Positions 8,335 to 16,634 of a stretch of 40,000 nucleotides of DNA are shown here, piece by piece. Origin of the DNA: Shewanella phage FishSpeaker; sequence record OP589283.1; one strand, written 5' to 3'. Positions within the stretch are counted from its first letter, which is position 1. Each line of letters starts with the position of its first letter. The position numbers and the translations under genes are program-made. The notes beneath the pieces were generated by a model. That model worked only from the letters and a program-made list of their open reading frames with translations, did not search any database and had not been told where the DNA came from.

Positions 8335-8883
8335 ATGAAATACAATATTTATGTTTATTTGGAAGACGTAGCAATAAACTGGTTACTCAGAATAAACGAA
8401 GGATTGAAAGTAGCGACGGAATTAAAAGTTCCCCATACTCTATCTACGTTCTTTGCTAACGGTGACAGAAACCTATTAATAAAGAAAGCATTTTCTACTC
8501 CTAGTTTATACTTTTACGGTATCCCTTTAACCAATTCAACTCAGCAATTGATAAAGGGCATGAACGCCGAAGATTACATCAACTACAAAATAGTCATGTT
8601 AAGTAGCGAAGCTGAGTCAAAACTTACGTGGCTTAAAGAAACGTTTAACATCCCAAAGAAGGATGTTGTTTTTATTCCATCTGACCTCGAAATAACAGAA
8701 TTAATAGAAGAGAACAGTATATTTATTCTGAATGAACCGGAACTAACCAAAGTAATAACTGATGCTAACGGTTATGTTGCGGGTTCATTTAATTCAACTT
8801 TTACAAAAGAAGATACACTATGGTTGTTACATAAGTTAAATGAGTACACTACAAAGAAGGAACCGCCCTGTGGAAATTTATAA
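8335..8883 (+). CDS. degenerate HAD nucleotidase-like paralog
   Basis: IYVYLEDVAINW aligns with LYLDSDGVLADW; IPLTNS..., KIVMLSS..., LTWLKETFNIPKKDVVFIPSD parallel the upstream protein; catalytic motif I not retained. Confidence 0.6.
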   Translation: MKYNIYVYLEDVAINWLLRINEGLKVATELKVPHTLSTFFANGDRNLLIKKAFSTPSLYFYGIPLTNSTQQLIKGMNAEDYINYKIVMLSSEAESKLTWLKETFNIPKKDVVFIPSDLEITELIEENSIFILNEPELTKVITDANGYVAGSFNSTFTKEDTLWLLHKLNEYTTKKEPPCGNL

Positions 8884-9928
8884 AGAAACGCTCAGAGAGA
8901 TTATTAAAAATGGTAATCAAATGCACAACAAACGCACTGGCATTACTTGTTATAATGCCTTTGGCGTTGGAATCATGTATGACACTGGGGATAAATCTCC
9001 TATGCCAACCATCAAGGAAGGTTATTTTACCGGTGCAAAAGTTGAACTAGCGTGGATATTGAAAGGGTTAACCAACACTGATTACCTCCATCAACACAAA
9101 GTTCACTTTTGGGATAAATGGCGTATTGTGGGTAATAAACCTCGCTCCGTTGAAGACGTGGTTTACCTATATGAACGTCGTCATGGTAAAGGAAGTGTGG
9201 CTAAAAAGTTAGGGGATATAGAAGGTATTGATTTCAAAGAACTTCTTGTCCTGCTAGGAATGTTAAACGGGCCAGTGTTATCTCATTATTACGATGACCG
9301 AGACCAAATGGTTGACGAAATCCAGTGTGGTGACTTAGGGCCCGTTTATGGTAAAATGCTGCGGGAGTTCCCTAATCCGGACGGCACTACAACTGACCAG
9401 TTGAAATTGTTAATCGATGGTTTGATTAGTAATCCATCTAGTCGTCGTCATGTTGTAAGCCTGTGGTGTCCTTTCTATTTACCAGACGAATCGATTTCTC
9501 CACAAGAAAACGTATTACGTGGTAAAATGGCATTGGCACCTTGTCACTTTATGTGGACATTCCATGTAGAAGACAATCATCCTAAAGACCTTATGGAAGA
9601 ACGTTATACACTGAACCTGCATTTTAATATGCGGAGTAACGATTATGCGGTAGGTAATCCAGTGAACGTTGTTTTCTATGATTTACTGTTAGCGTTAGTT
9701 GCGCAAACAGTTGGGATGAAGAAAGGGAAGTTGTGGTTTACCGGTACTAACGTACACGTTTACAGCGACCAGCTTTTAGAAGCTAAAATATTATTGGGTC
9801 GTGATCCCCTCACATTACCAACTTTAGTGTTGGATAAAAAAGCAACTGTGTTTAACTTTGAACCGCATATGGCGACGCTTGAAAATTACAAGCATCGTGG
9901 TAAAGTCAGTATTAAAGTAGCAAAGTAG
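8870..9928 (+). CDS. thyA: thymidylate synthase (ThyA-type)
   Basis: RTGITCYNAFGVGIMYD, W-rich core, LMEERYTLNLHFNMRSNDYAVGNPVNVVFYDLL, LGRDPLTLPTLVL; GTG start with AAGAAGGAA RBS. Confidence 0.85.
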   Translation: MEIYKETLREIIKNGNQMHNKRTGITCYNAFGVGIMYDTGDKSPMPTIKEGYFTGAKVELAWILKGLTNTDYLHQHKVHFWDKWRIVGNKPRSVEDVVYLYERRHGKGSVAKKLGDIEGIDFKELLVLLGMLNGPVLSHYYDDRDQMVDEIQCGDLGPVYGKMLREFPNPDGTTTDQLKLLIDGLISNPSSRRHVVSLWCPFYLPDESISPQENVLRGKMALAPCHFMWTFHVEDNHPKDLMEERYTLNLHFNMRSNDYAVGNPVNVVFYDLLLALVAQTVGMKKGKLWFTGTNVHVYSDQLLEAKILLGRDPLTLPTLVLDKKATVFNFEPHMATLENYKHRGKVSIKVAK

Positions 9929-9946
9929 CTATTATATTGTGAAGGA
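9929..9946 (+). promoter_or_regulatory. weak promoter-like motif
   Basis: GCTATTATATTGTGAAGG, variant of TCTATATTACTTAGG, immediately upstream of the structured region. Confidence 0.35.
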
Positions 9947-10525
9947 GTGGTTTTCGTAGGGTGAATCACTTGTTTACAGAGGGGGTGCTCCGACTCCCTC
10001 AATTATATGTACAATTCAGTTGTTTGCTCCCAACTTCACTGTGTTGTCAAATAGGGGGTTCCTGATGTGCGGTCACAAAATAGGTGTGCAGCGCGAATCG
10101 TCAGGAATAATACTGGGAGTGAGGAATTACGGTCGGCGAAAGCTCGCCTCTTACGTCGTCAGCCTGAAACGATGTCTTGACCACCTCACTCCCACCCCAC
10201 CCATTCAGGAGGAGAGCAGTGACGAAAGTTTCCGACCTGCATAGATGCGCACAGACATTTCTACTCGCTCTCCTCCGAATACCTCTCGTGAATTTATTAA
10301 CCCGTAGTGTAGAACTCTTACTGACACACAGCTAACTCCTGACATGGGCTGTTTTTCTTTTAATGTCGGTTTTACACTACGGTTTAATGAGTTTATGTTT
10401 ATCACCTTTACTAAACTCATTAGTGGTGTTGGCGCACCACTTGCTTTTGCATGTGACGTGAACAGCTGGTATTTCCTTTTATCCCTTACTCTGCTCCTTA
10501 ATTGGGGTGGAGTAAGGGTTTTTTT
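9947..10525 (+). ncRNA. candidate large structured non-coding RNA (about 550-580 nt)
   Basis: At least seven strong helices in succession and a closing intrinsic terminator; no well-supported ORF; see findings. Confidence 0.65.
10483..10525 (+). terminator. intrinsic terminator
   Basis: CCCTTACTC..CTCC TTAATT GGGG..GAGTAAGGG followed by T7. Confidence 0.9.
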
Positions 10526-10595
10526 GATCTTTTTTATTTACCATAAAGACTATTAAATGTACTTCTTTTATGATTACATTAAAAAGGAAATAAAA

Positions 10596-10952
10596 ATGAA
10601 AGCAAATCAGTACGGTGTTGGTAAAATCATCTTTAGTGATAATACTGAAAAAGAAATTTCATGTGTTCAATTTGGAGATGGGTTTACACAGATAATGACT
10701 GTTGAATGGGATTCAAAAGATGTTGGATTAAAGCTCCAACACAACCCAGATGGCCCAGGTCCATTCTCAGAAAGAATCTTTTACAATGAGAACCATTTAC
10801 CTGTTGCTTCAGAAAATCCTGAACTTTATTTACTTTTTGATAATGTCAAGTCGATCGACGCAATGATTGATTCTCTTAATTACATCAGAAAAACACTTGT
10901 TGAGAAAGAATCAGTAATAGAAGTCACCCCTGAAAAGGATGATGCACTATGA
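10596..10952 (+). CDS. hypothetical protein
   Basis: Start MKANQYGVGK with AAAAAGGAAA RBS. Confidence 0.7.
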   Translation: MKANQYGVGKIIFSDNTEKEISCVQFGDGFTQIMTVEWDSKDVGLKLQHNPDGPGPFSERIFYNENHLPVASENPELYLLFDNVKSIDAMIDSLNYIRKTLVEKESVIEVTPEKDDAL

Positions 10953-11473
10953 GCATCATTTGTTACAAAGCAGGTATCTTAGCCGCTGATGGAATAGAAA
11001 CCCATCGTGACCTGATTAGCAGTCTAAACATTGAAAAAATTGTTAAGGCAGATAAATCTAATAAATGGTCGATACTAGGTAAACGCATCGTTGCTTTTGC
11101 AGCTTGCGGTACCGTCACTGCTGATATCACAATGCGCAAATGTTTAACCGAAGGTATTGGGTTGGAGAAACAATTCATTAACGTTTGTCATGATGAGTTT
11201 AGCGCACTCTGTATTGATGATTCAGGGAACAGTTACATTATTGACAGTATTATTGATAACGGGGTACATAAATTAATCATCGTTGATGTAAAACCGCTTC
11301 AATTCCCAATTGCAATTGGGGTGGCTTCGGAAACCGCAAGAGCGCTCATGACGTCCAGTTTAGATTACAACGCGGTGGATGCAGTAAAGTTTAATTGCGA
11401 GAACTTTATCTCTTGTGGTGGTACAATTCAAGAAGTTAACATCGCCAAATTAGTAAAAGAACTTAACGACTAA
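10949..11473 (+). CDS. proteasome beta/HslV-like Ntn-hydrolase fold protein (Ser2)
   Basis: MSIICYKAGILAADG, downstream lysine in NIEKIVKA and KRIVAFAACG resemble (M)T-x(n)-GVVLAAD...K...aG of proteasome-type subunits. Confidence 0.6.
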   Translation: MSIICYKAGILAADGIETHRDLISSLNIEKIVKADKSNKWSILGKRIVAFAACGTVTADITMRKCLTEGIGLEKQFINVCHDEFSALCIDDSGNSYIIDSIIDNGVHKLIIVDVKPLQFPIAIGVASETARALMTSSLDYNAVDAVKFNCENFISCGGTIQEVNIAKLVKELND

Positions 11474-11490
11474 CGTTACTTTTTTTAAGT

Positions 11491-11508
11491 ACTATATTAC
11501 CTATTTGA
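11491..11508 (+). promoter_or_regulatory. promoter-like motif
   Basis: ACTATATTACCTATTTGA in the 72-nt gap between the two Ntn genes. Confidence 0.4.
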
Positions 11509-11544
11509 ATGTAACCCAATATTTTTTAACAGTAAAGGTGAAGT

Positions 11545-12153
11545 ATGACAATCATTTGTGCTAAAGACGGGATTCTCTGTTCTGACGGTTATATCACATT
11601 TAATAACGGTATGCTTGAAAACGATCAATTTAATAAAATCCATACTCCAGAGCCCGGTGAAATTTGGACTGTAATGGGGAAACGGGTTTTAGCTTTTGGT
11701 TTAGCGGGTACGTTGAGTGTGGTAGACCCCTTTAAAGAATTATTGCGTAAAGGTATTTACCACGACACTAAAACATTCCACGGCATTGGTGGAGCATCTA
11801 TTCTTCTCTATACCGAAGATTTAGATTTAATTTATATTGGTGTAACTGATAAACACGACCGTGAAGAAAGCTTGTTTCTCATTCACGAGCAATCTGGTGA
11901 TTGCAGTGCCGTGGGTGTGGCTACAGCCGTCGCTAAAACGTACATGGTGACCGGTAAATCAGCCCGTAAAGCAGTTGAATTACTCGTTAAAACCAACGTT
12001 AGTTTAGGTGGTAAAATCTCCGAACTTAACGTTGCTGAGTGGAAAAAAGAATTGGCTGAAAAAGAAGCTGCCTTACCAAAAGACTACGTCTTCAAACCCA
12101 AGTTCCAATACTTGGCACCAAAAGTCGAACAACAACCTCAAAAACAAGCTTAA
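11545..12153 (+). CDS. proteasome beta/HslV-like Ntn-hydrolase fold protein (Thr2)
   Basis: MTIICAKDGILCSDG...NDQFNKIHT...MGKRVLAFGLAGTLSV, paralogous to the upstream gene. Confidence 0.65.
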   Translation: MTIICAKDGILCSDGYITFNNGMLENDQFNKIHTPEPGEIWTVMGKRVLAFGLAGTLSVVDPFKELLRKGIYHDTKTFHGIGGASILLYTEDLDLIYIGVTDKHDREESLFLIHEQSGDCSAVGVATAVAKTYMVTGKSARKAVELLVKTNVSLGGKISELNVAEWKKELAEKEAALPKDYVFKPKFQYLAPKVEQQPQKQA

Positions 12154-12169
12154 CATTAAGGATGGTAAA

Positions 12170-13159
12170 ATGAGTTTACGTTATTATTTCTGTGGTGGCG
12201 CTGGTATCAACATCGGTAAAGCAATTTGTCAATCTCCAAAGACCGCTATCAGCCCAGGTAATCGTGATGCTGTCTTTGTTGGGTTAGATTCCAGTGGTGC
12301 GAATGACCCAGAAGGTGCATTTGAAGTATGTCGCATGCCTTCGTTAAATGGTTCAGATGAGCTTGCAAACGGCAGTGGTAAAGTTCAATCAACCAATTAT
12401 CCAAAAGCTGTGCCGTTCATCAAAGACATGTTGTCTAAGCATGTTCCTGGTGCGTATAACGTGGTGGTGTTCAGTACAAGTGGTGGTACTGGTGGTATGT
12501 TGGCTGTGGTATTGATTCGCGAGTTATTACAACTCAATCTTCCAGTAGTGGCGGTTTGTATCAGCGACCATACATCGGTTATTGAAATGAAAAACTCAGT
12601 AACAACACTACGTAACCTAGCCAATCAAACTTCGCCATCTCAGCTTGACCGTCCAATTGCGTTTATTGAAGCCATCAACGACAATGAACACACCCGCGGG
12701 CAAGTAAACAAGCGTATCATCAATGACTTGAATCTTTTATCTATCTTCTTAAGTAACAATAACGAAGAAGCAGATTATAAAGACATTTTGAACTTGCTTA
12801 ACTATAATAAGGTGATTGGTGTGCCAGCATCACTTTCTCGCATTAAGTTCTTCAATAAAGAAGATGCGATTAAATATGACGGCAAACCTCCTGTTGCTTT
12901 CTGTAGTCTATTTGATGCGCGTGATAATATCGTTCCTCGTTTTGCGGGTGGCGGTTATCGTGTGACAGGTGTGTTTGGTGTTGAAAACAGTGTGATTGAT
13001 GCTGAAGAAATGCACATGACACTTGACCACGGTGAAGCACTTGAAGAGCTAGAAGCAAAAATCAAAGCACTGGATAACCAACAAACAGCAAAAGTGTTGG
13101 CTTACTCTCGTGTGTCTGATTTTGGTGGTGGTGATTCTAACGGCATGAACTTTGACTAA
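12170..13159 (+). CDS. tubulin/FtsZ-superfamily GTPase-like protein (PhuZ/TubZ-like candidate)
   Basis: YFCGGAGINIGKAI N-terminal G-box, VVFSTSGGTGGMLAVVLIREL (GGGTG-like signature loop), Gly/Asp C-terminal tail; start MSLRYYF with AAGGATG RBS. Confidence 0.7.
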   Translation: MSLRYYFCGGAGINIGKAICQSPKTAISPGNRDAVFVGLDSSGANDPEGAFEVCRMPSLNGSDELANGSGKVQSTNYPKAVPFIKDMLSKHVPGAYNVVVFSTSGGTGGMLAVVLIRELLQLNLPVVAVCISDHTSVIEMKNSVTTLRNLANQTSPSQLDRPIAFIEAINDNEHTRGQVNKRIINDLNLLSIFLSNNNEEADYKDILNLLNYNKVIGVPASLSRIKFFNKEDAIKYDGKPPVAFCSLFDARDNIVPRFAGGGYRVTGVFGVENSVIDAEEMHMTLDHGEALEELEAKIKALDNQQTAKVLAYSRVSDFGGGDSNGMNFD

Positions 13160-13166
13160 CCTTTAA

Positions 13167-13202
13167 TTTAATCCGCTGCACATAATCGTGCAGCGGATTA
13201 AA
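13167..13202 (+). terminator. hairpin terminator
   Basis: TTTAATCCGCTGCAC ... GTGCAGCGGATTAAA, 15-bp perfect stem. Confidence 0.8.
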
Positions 13203-13226
13203 TATCATATTTTTTTGAGGTATGTA

Positions 13227-13340
13227 ATGAAACATTCAAATGATAAATCAAATGTTGATGAAACCAGTAAAACTAATAATGTGAATGAATTAACTGCGGC
13301 CATACGTCATGGGTTCACCATTGAGATACATCGGGATTGA
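13227..13340 (+). CDS. possible 37-aa small protein
   Basis: MKHSNDKSNVDETSKTNNVNELTAAIRHGFTIEIHRD with TTTTGAGG RBS. Confidence 0.4.
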   Translation: MKHSNDKSNVDETSKTNNVNELTAAIRHGFTIEIHRD

Positions 13341-13490
13341 TTTAACGGAATCAGGACACAATCCAACGAAACTTATGGCGTTATTTACTATCCATATCAA
13401 TAACTTAAGAAAAGTTAAAGAAAATGTCCGTGACATTATGCGGGCATTACTACGAACTTATTTAATGTAACAGATTATAAGGTTAAAAAT

Positions 13491-13940
13491 ATGAAGGCAA
13501 TCGATGAACGAGCAGATGCCCTTTTTGAAGAAGTAGAAAAGATTTCGATGGAGTTGGGTAGTGAAGCACATAAACAGTACCAGATTATGGTTTCTGCTTA
13601 CAAACAAATTTTAATGATTCATTTTTATAAACACATTAATGAAATGAGTCCAGAAAACCGTGATTTTAAAATCACCATTCTTCCGGAATCAGAGGAGAGA
13701 AGAAAAGAAACTCACTTTACCGGAACATTAGTAGAGTTGGCTGATTTATTAACTAGCCAAATTTACACAGTGCCCTTTCGATTTTGGTCGCGCATATATT
13801 CGGAAAATGAATTAAAATACGTCGTCAGTTTACTTATTTCTTCGTTGAATGAAAAGAAAGATGAAAAAGAAATTATTGAGTACGTACAGTGTAACCCTGT
13901 ACACCTTTTAGTAGAAATGCAACCGCTAAACAAAATATAA
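13491..13940 (+). CDS. hypothetical protein
   Basis: 149-aa ORF with TAAGG RBS. Confidence 0.7.
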   Translation: MKAIDERADALFEEVEKISMELGSEAHKQYQIMVSAYKQILMIHFYKHINEMSPENRDFKITILPESEERRKETHFTGTLVELADLLTSQIYTVPFRFWSRIYSENELKYVVSLLISSLNEKKDEKEIIEYVQCNPVHLLVEMQPLNKI

Positions 13941-13951
13941 CGTAATAATTT

Positions 13952-13986
13952 ACTATTTCAGTATCCGTTAAGGATACTGAAATAGT
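13952..13986 (+). terminator. hairpin terminator
   Basis: ACTATTTCAGTATCC / GGATACTGAAATAGT, 15-bp perfect stem. Confidence 0.75.
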
Positions 13987-14046
13987 TTATGTTTTTAGTT
14001 ACTAAACCAACTATTACTATGTATCAATCAATTTTAAGGGGGCTGT

Positions 14047-14325
14047 ATGCTCGTTATTGACGTAAAAACAATTTACGAATATGCTGGGCTTAGTTTTGCA
14101 GAATCCTTCTCTAAATTGTTTCTAGGAAGCAGTATAACGGATTGCGTTTACACCTGTTTAGTAGATTTAGGTTTTAACCCTGTAAATGGACGTTATGTTG
14201 TTGTACCGGAAACCGTCAAAAAACTTTTATTATTACATTTAGAACAAAAGTTGATTGGTATCCCCACCAACACAATAATTACGTTAAACGAAGTTTATCA
14301 TTTCGTTTACGTATACATAAGGTAA
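14047..14325 (+). CDS. hypothetical small protein
   Basis: First gene of a tightly packed operon; AAGGGGG RBS. Confidence 0.65.
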   Translation: MLVIDVKTIYEYAGLSFAESFSKLFLGSSITDCVYTCLVDLGFNPVNGRYVVVPETVKKLLLLHLEQKLIGIPTNTIITLNEVYHFVYVYIR

Positions 14326-14336
14326 CGGTTGAAAAT

Positions 14337-14795
14337 ATGATTAACTTTGATGCGATGATAGCAAATATGAATCTACCCGTACTCACCAGTTTAGAGGTAG
14401 ACAAGCGAGAATTGTTTTTAAAGGTATTTGAATCGGCGATTACGATTCATAATCAACCTACGGAAAGATTACAATATCAAGCAATTGAAACATTAGTTGA
14501 AGAACTAGAAGAGTGGGATGAACTTGAGTTAGTGGACTTTGTTCATTATCTTTTAAGTTACATTACTAATCACAAAGTTAAAAACCGTATTCCAAAAGAA
14601 ATCAAATTAAAATTACACCTCGTTGTCAATAATAAAGTGGCGTGTATCGGTAATTTGGAAATGTGTGCTAAAAGAACATCAGAAATTTATATGTTTGAAA
14701 TGGACATGTATTCTGAAAAACTTGAAACTACATTAAACGAAGAAGATGTCATCGATTACCCCACATTAGAGGATTTGGAGAAAGTGGATGTATAA
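14337..14795 (+). CDS. hypothetical small protein
   Basis: ORF in operon. Confidence 0.65.
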   Translation: MINFDAMIANMNLPVLTSLEVDKRELFLKVFESAITIHNQPTERLQYQAIETLVEELEEWDELELVDFVHYLLSYITNHKVKNRIPKEIKLKLHLVVNNKVACIGNLEMCAKRTSEIYMFEMDMYSEKLETTLNEEDVIDYPTLEDLEKVDV

Positions 14796-15198
14796 AGTAC
14801 ATGTGGTGGACTGTCAACATTTAATGTCGTTATTAAAAGATGATGTCCCAAATCATGTATCTTCTAATACGCTGACACCTAATCTGATTAATCGTATTTG
14901 TAAGCGGCTATTAGTTGAAGCCATCTTTCGAGCGTTGCCTAATGAATGCACGTTTAATGACCTTAACTTAATGGATTATTCGTTATTGTCTAATATTCTT
15001 CCTGATGAACTGGAACGATTATTAGACATTACTATGGATAATTTAAAATTGCTTTTCTTCAACCAGCAATATGACCTTCAGAATTACGCGCACATTAAGT
15101 GTCGTTTTGATGGAACATTTTTGCATATATTAGCGGGGATAGAAAAATGCGAGACAAAGTACTCACCGTTAATGTCTACGGATTACTCAGAAATTTGA
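14788..15198 (+). CDS. hypothetical small protein
   Basis: Overlaps previous gene by 8 nt, GGAGAAAG RBS. Confidence 0.65.
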   Translation: MYKVHVVDCQHLMSLLKDDVPNHVSSNTLTPNLINRICKRLLVEAIFRALPNECTFNDLNLMDYSLLSNILPDELERLLDITMDNLKLLFFNQQYDLQNYAHIKCRFDGTFLHILAGIEKCETKYSPLMSTDYSEI

Positions 15199-15473
15199 CT
15201 GCTGCTTTTGGAAAAGAAACCGCGGAAGTTGCACTTGTTCGATTCGTCACCAGTTTTATTGAAAATACAGGAGATACGTTAGCGGATTGTGTCGTTCATA
15301 CTGCCGGAGCAGAAACCCGTTCGGCAGCTGAAATAGTCATGATTAATAGCTCCCAACTTATCGAAGAGTTAGAGCTTAACATTTCTGTGATTCAAATGAC
15401 TGACATTATCTTCAGTTGGCAATTATTAAATTACAACCTGTTTTTCAACGCGGGAAAAAGACATGAACAATAA
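15147..15473 (+). CDS. hypothetical small protein
   Basis: Overlaps previous gene; GCGGGGATAG RBS-like. Confidence 0.6.
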   Translation: MRDKVLTVNVYGLLRNLTAAFGKETAEVALVRFVTSFIENTGDTLADCVVHTAGAETRSAAEIVMINSSQLIEELELNISVIQMTDIIFSWQLLNYNLFFNAGKRHEQ

Positions 15474-15801
15474 AGCTCACGTGTTTACATTTCCAAAACA
15501 TTGCAATCAAGAAGTTATGCTCCGCATGATAGTAATGTTGATGAATGTGCACGGCATTAACACCTCAGTGTTTCCAGGTTCACATGAAGTAACACAAGAA
15601 GAAATGTTGACGTTCAGTATGATGCATCCTGATTTTACCGCCTCATACGTTGAAATCATGAATTTTTGTAAAATGGTTACCATGGATAATAACGCCACGT
15701 TAATCAACATTGTTATTTCATCACTGAGTGGAACAGGAACAATCATGGTGGGATTAACATCCAAATCCATGTTTATCGAAATGGGAGTATTTAATGGATA
15801 A
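15463..15801 (+). CDS. hypothetical small protein
   Basis: ORF in operon. Confidence 0.6.
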   Translation: MNNKAHVFTFPKHCNQEVMLRMIVMLMNVHGINTSVFPGSHEVTQEEMLTFSMMHPDFTASYVEIMNFCKMVTMDNNATLINIVISSLSGTGTIMVGLTSKSMFIEMGVFNG

Positions 15802-16141
15802 ACACCTCCATCAATTGTTAGATGCTAAGACGTTATTGGTCGGTCACTTAGACCCATTAGCGCTGTTTACTCATTTTTGGAACAAAGTAGATTGTGATTC
15901 TGACAATGAGTATTCCGTTGAGCAACTGTACAAAGCTATCGCTCAAGAAATAACCTATTTTGAAAATGCGGATTCTGAGATTGATGAAACCTTCTTTAAT
16001 TTGCTAACTATTGATGGTATGTACGAGGTTGTCCAGATTAAACTACTGGACGTGTGTATTATGGCTTATTGTCACGATGGTGAATATCGTGAAATGCCTG
16101 CTATCATTTTGACAGTAAGGAAGAATTATGATCGAACCTAA
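15794..16141 (+). CDS. hypothetical small protein
   Basis: ORF in operon. Confidence 0.65.
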   Translation: MDKHLHQLLDAKTLLVGHLDPLALFTHFWNKVDCDSDNEYSVEQLYKAIAQEITYFENADSEIDETFFNLLTIDGMYEVVQIKLLDVCIMAYCHDGEYREMPAIILTVRKNYDRT

Positions 16142-16541
16142 AAAAGGGGATATTGTTGATTTCTCATTAGAGAATGGCAGTATAATCTTTGCATCTCGTA
16201 GTGGCGTTACTGTGACTGCGGGATTAATGGATTACTCTACTGCTCGAATCGTTGACCCTCAGATTGTGTCTAAACACCAATCGATGTTTCCCTACTTCAA
16301 ACAAAAGGTAGATAACATCAACGACCCAAGCATTTACCCCTACATGGCGTTTAAAAACCTTAACGGCACCATTGAAGTGATTGGTATCCCGTGGATTAAA
16401 GATAGCACGTACGTGACTGTAAATACACGTATCGCTACTTATGTCATCAGTAACTTCAAAGAAGAGTTCCGTGCACCCATTCAGACTTTCCTGTCTAACT
16501 TAGGTGCAAGTTACACCATGACTGTAAAAGACCAAGTGTGA
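16128..16541 (+). CDS. hypothetical protein
   Basis: 137-aa ORF, overlap with upstream gene, AAGGAAG RBS. Confidence 0.7.
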   Translation: MIEPKKGDIVDFSLENGSIIFASRSGVTVTAGLMDYSTARIVDPQIVSKHQSMFPYFKQKVDNINDPSIYPYMAFKNLNGTIEVIGIPWIKDSTYVTVNTRIATYVISNFKEEFRAPIQTFLSNLGASYTMTVKDQV

Positions 16542-16551
16542 TTGAGTTAAA

Positions 16552-16586
16552 AAATACCCTGAGTCCTATTTTAGGACTCAGGGTAT
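16552..16586 (+). terminator. intrinsic terminator
   Basis: AAATACCCTGAGTCCTA TT TTAGGACTCAGGGTATTTT. Confidence 0.85.
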
Positions 16587-16634
16587 TTTAATTACGTACT
16601 CTTTTTTCTTTTTCTTTTATGCAGAGTATTTTTC

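Noticed and set aside
10020-10244. 74-aa + strand ORF MFAPNFTVLSNRG...
   Set aside because: Overlaps the multi-branch RNA structure, lacks a good RBS and has unremarkable composition; treated as spurious
10205-10420. 71-aa minus-strand ORF in the structured locus
   Set aside because: Generated by pairing arms of the RNA stems; no RBS support
10344-10556. 70-aa + strand ORF
   Set aside because: Runs through the intrinsic terminator at 10483-10525
12008-12169. N-terminal extension of the tubulin-like ORF
   Set aside because: Overlaps the upstream Ntn-hydrolase gene out of frame; the start at 12170 has an RBS and begins with the conserved strand
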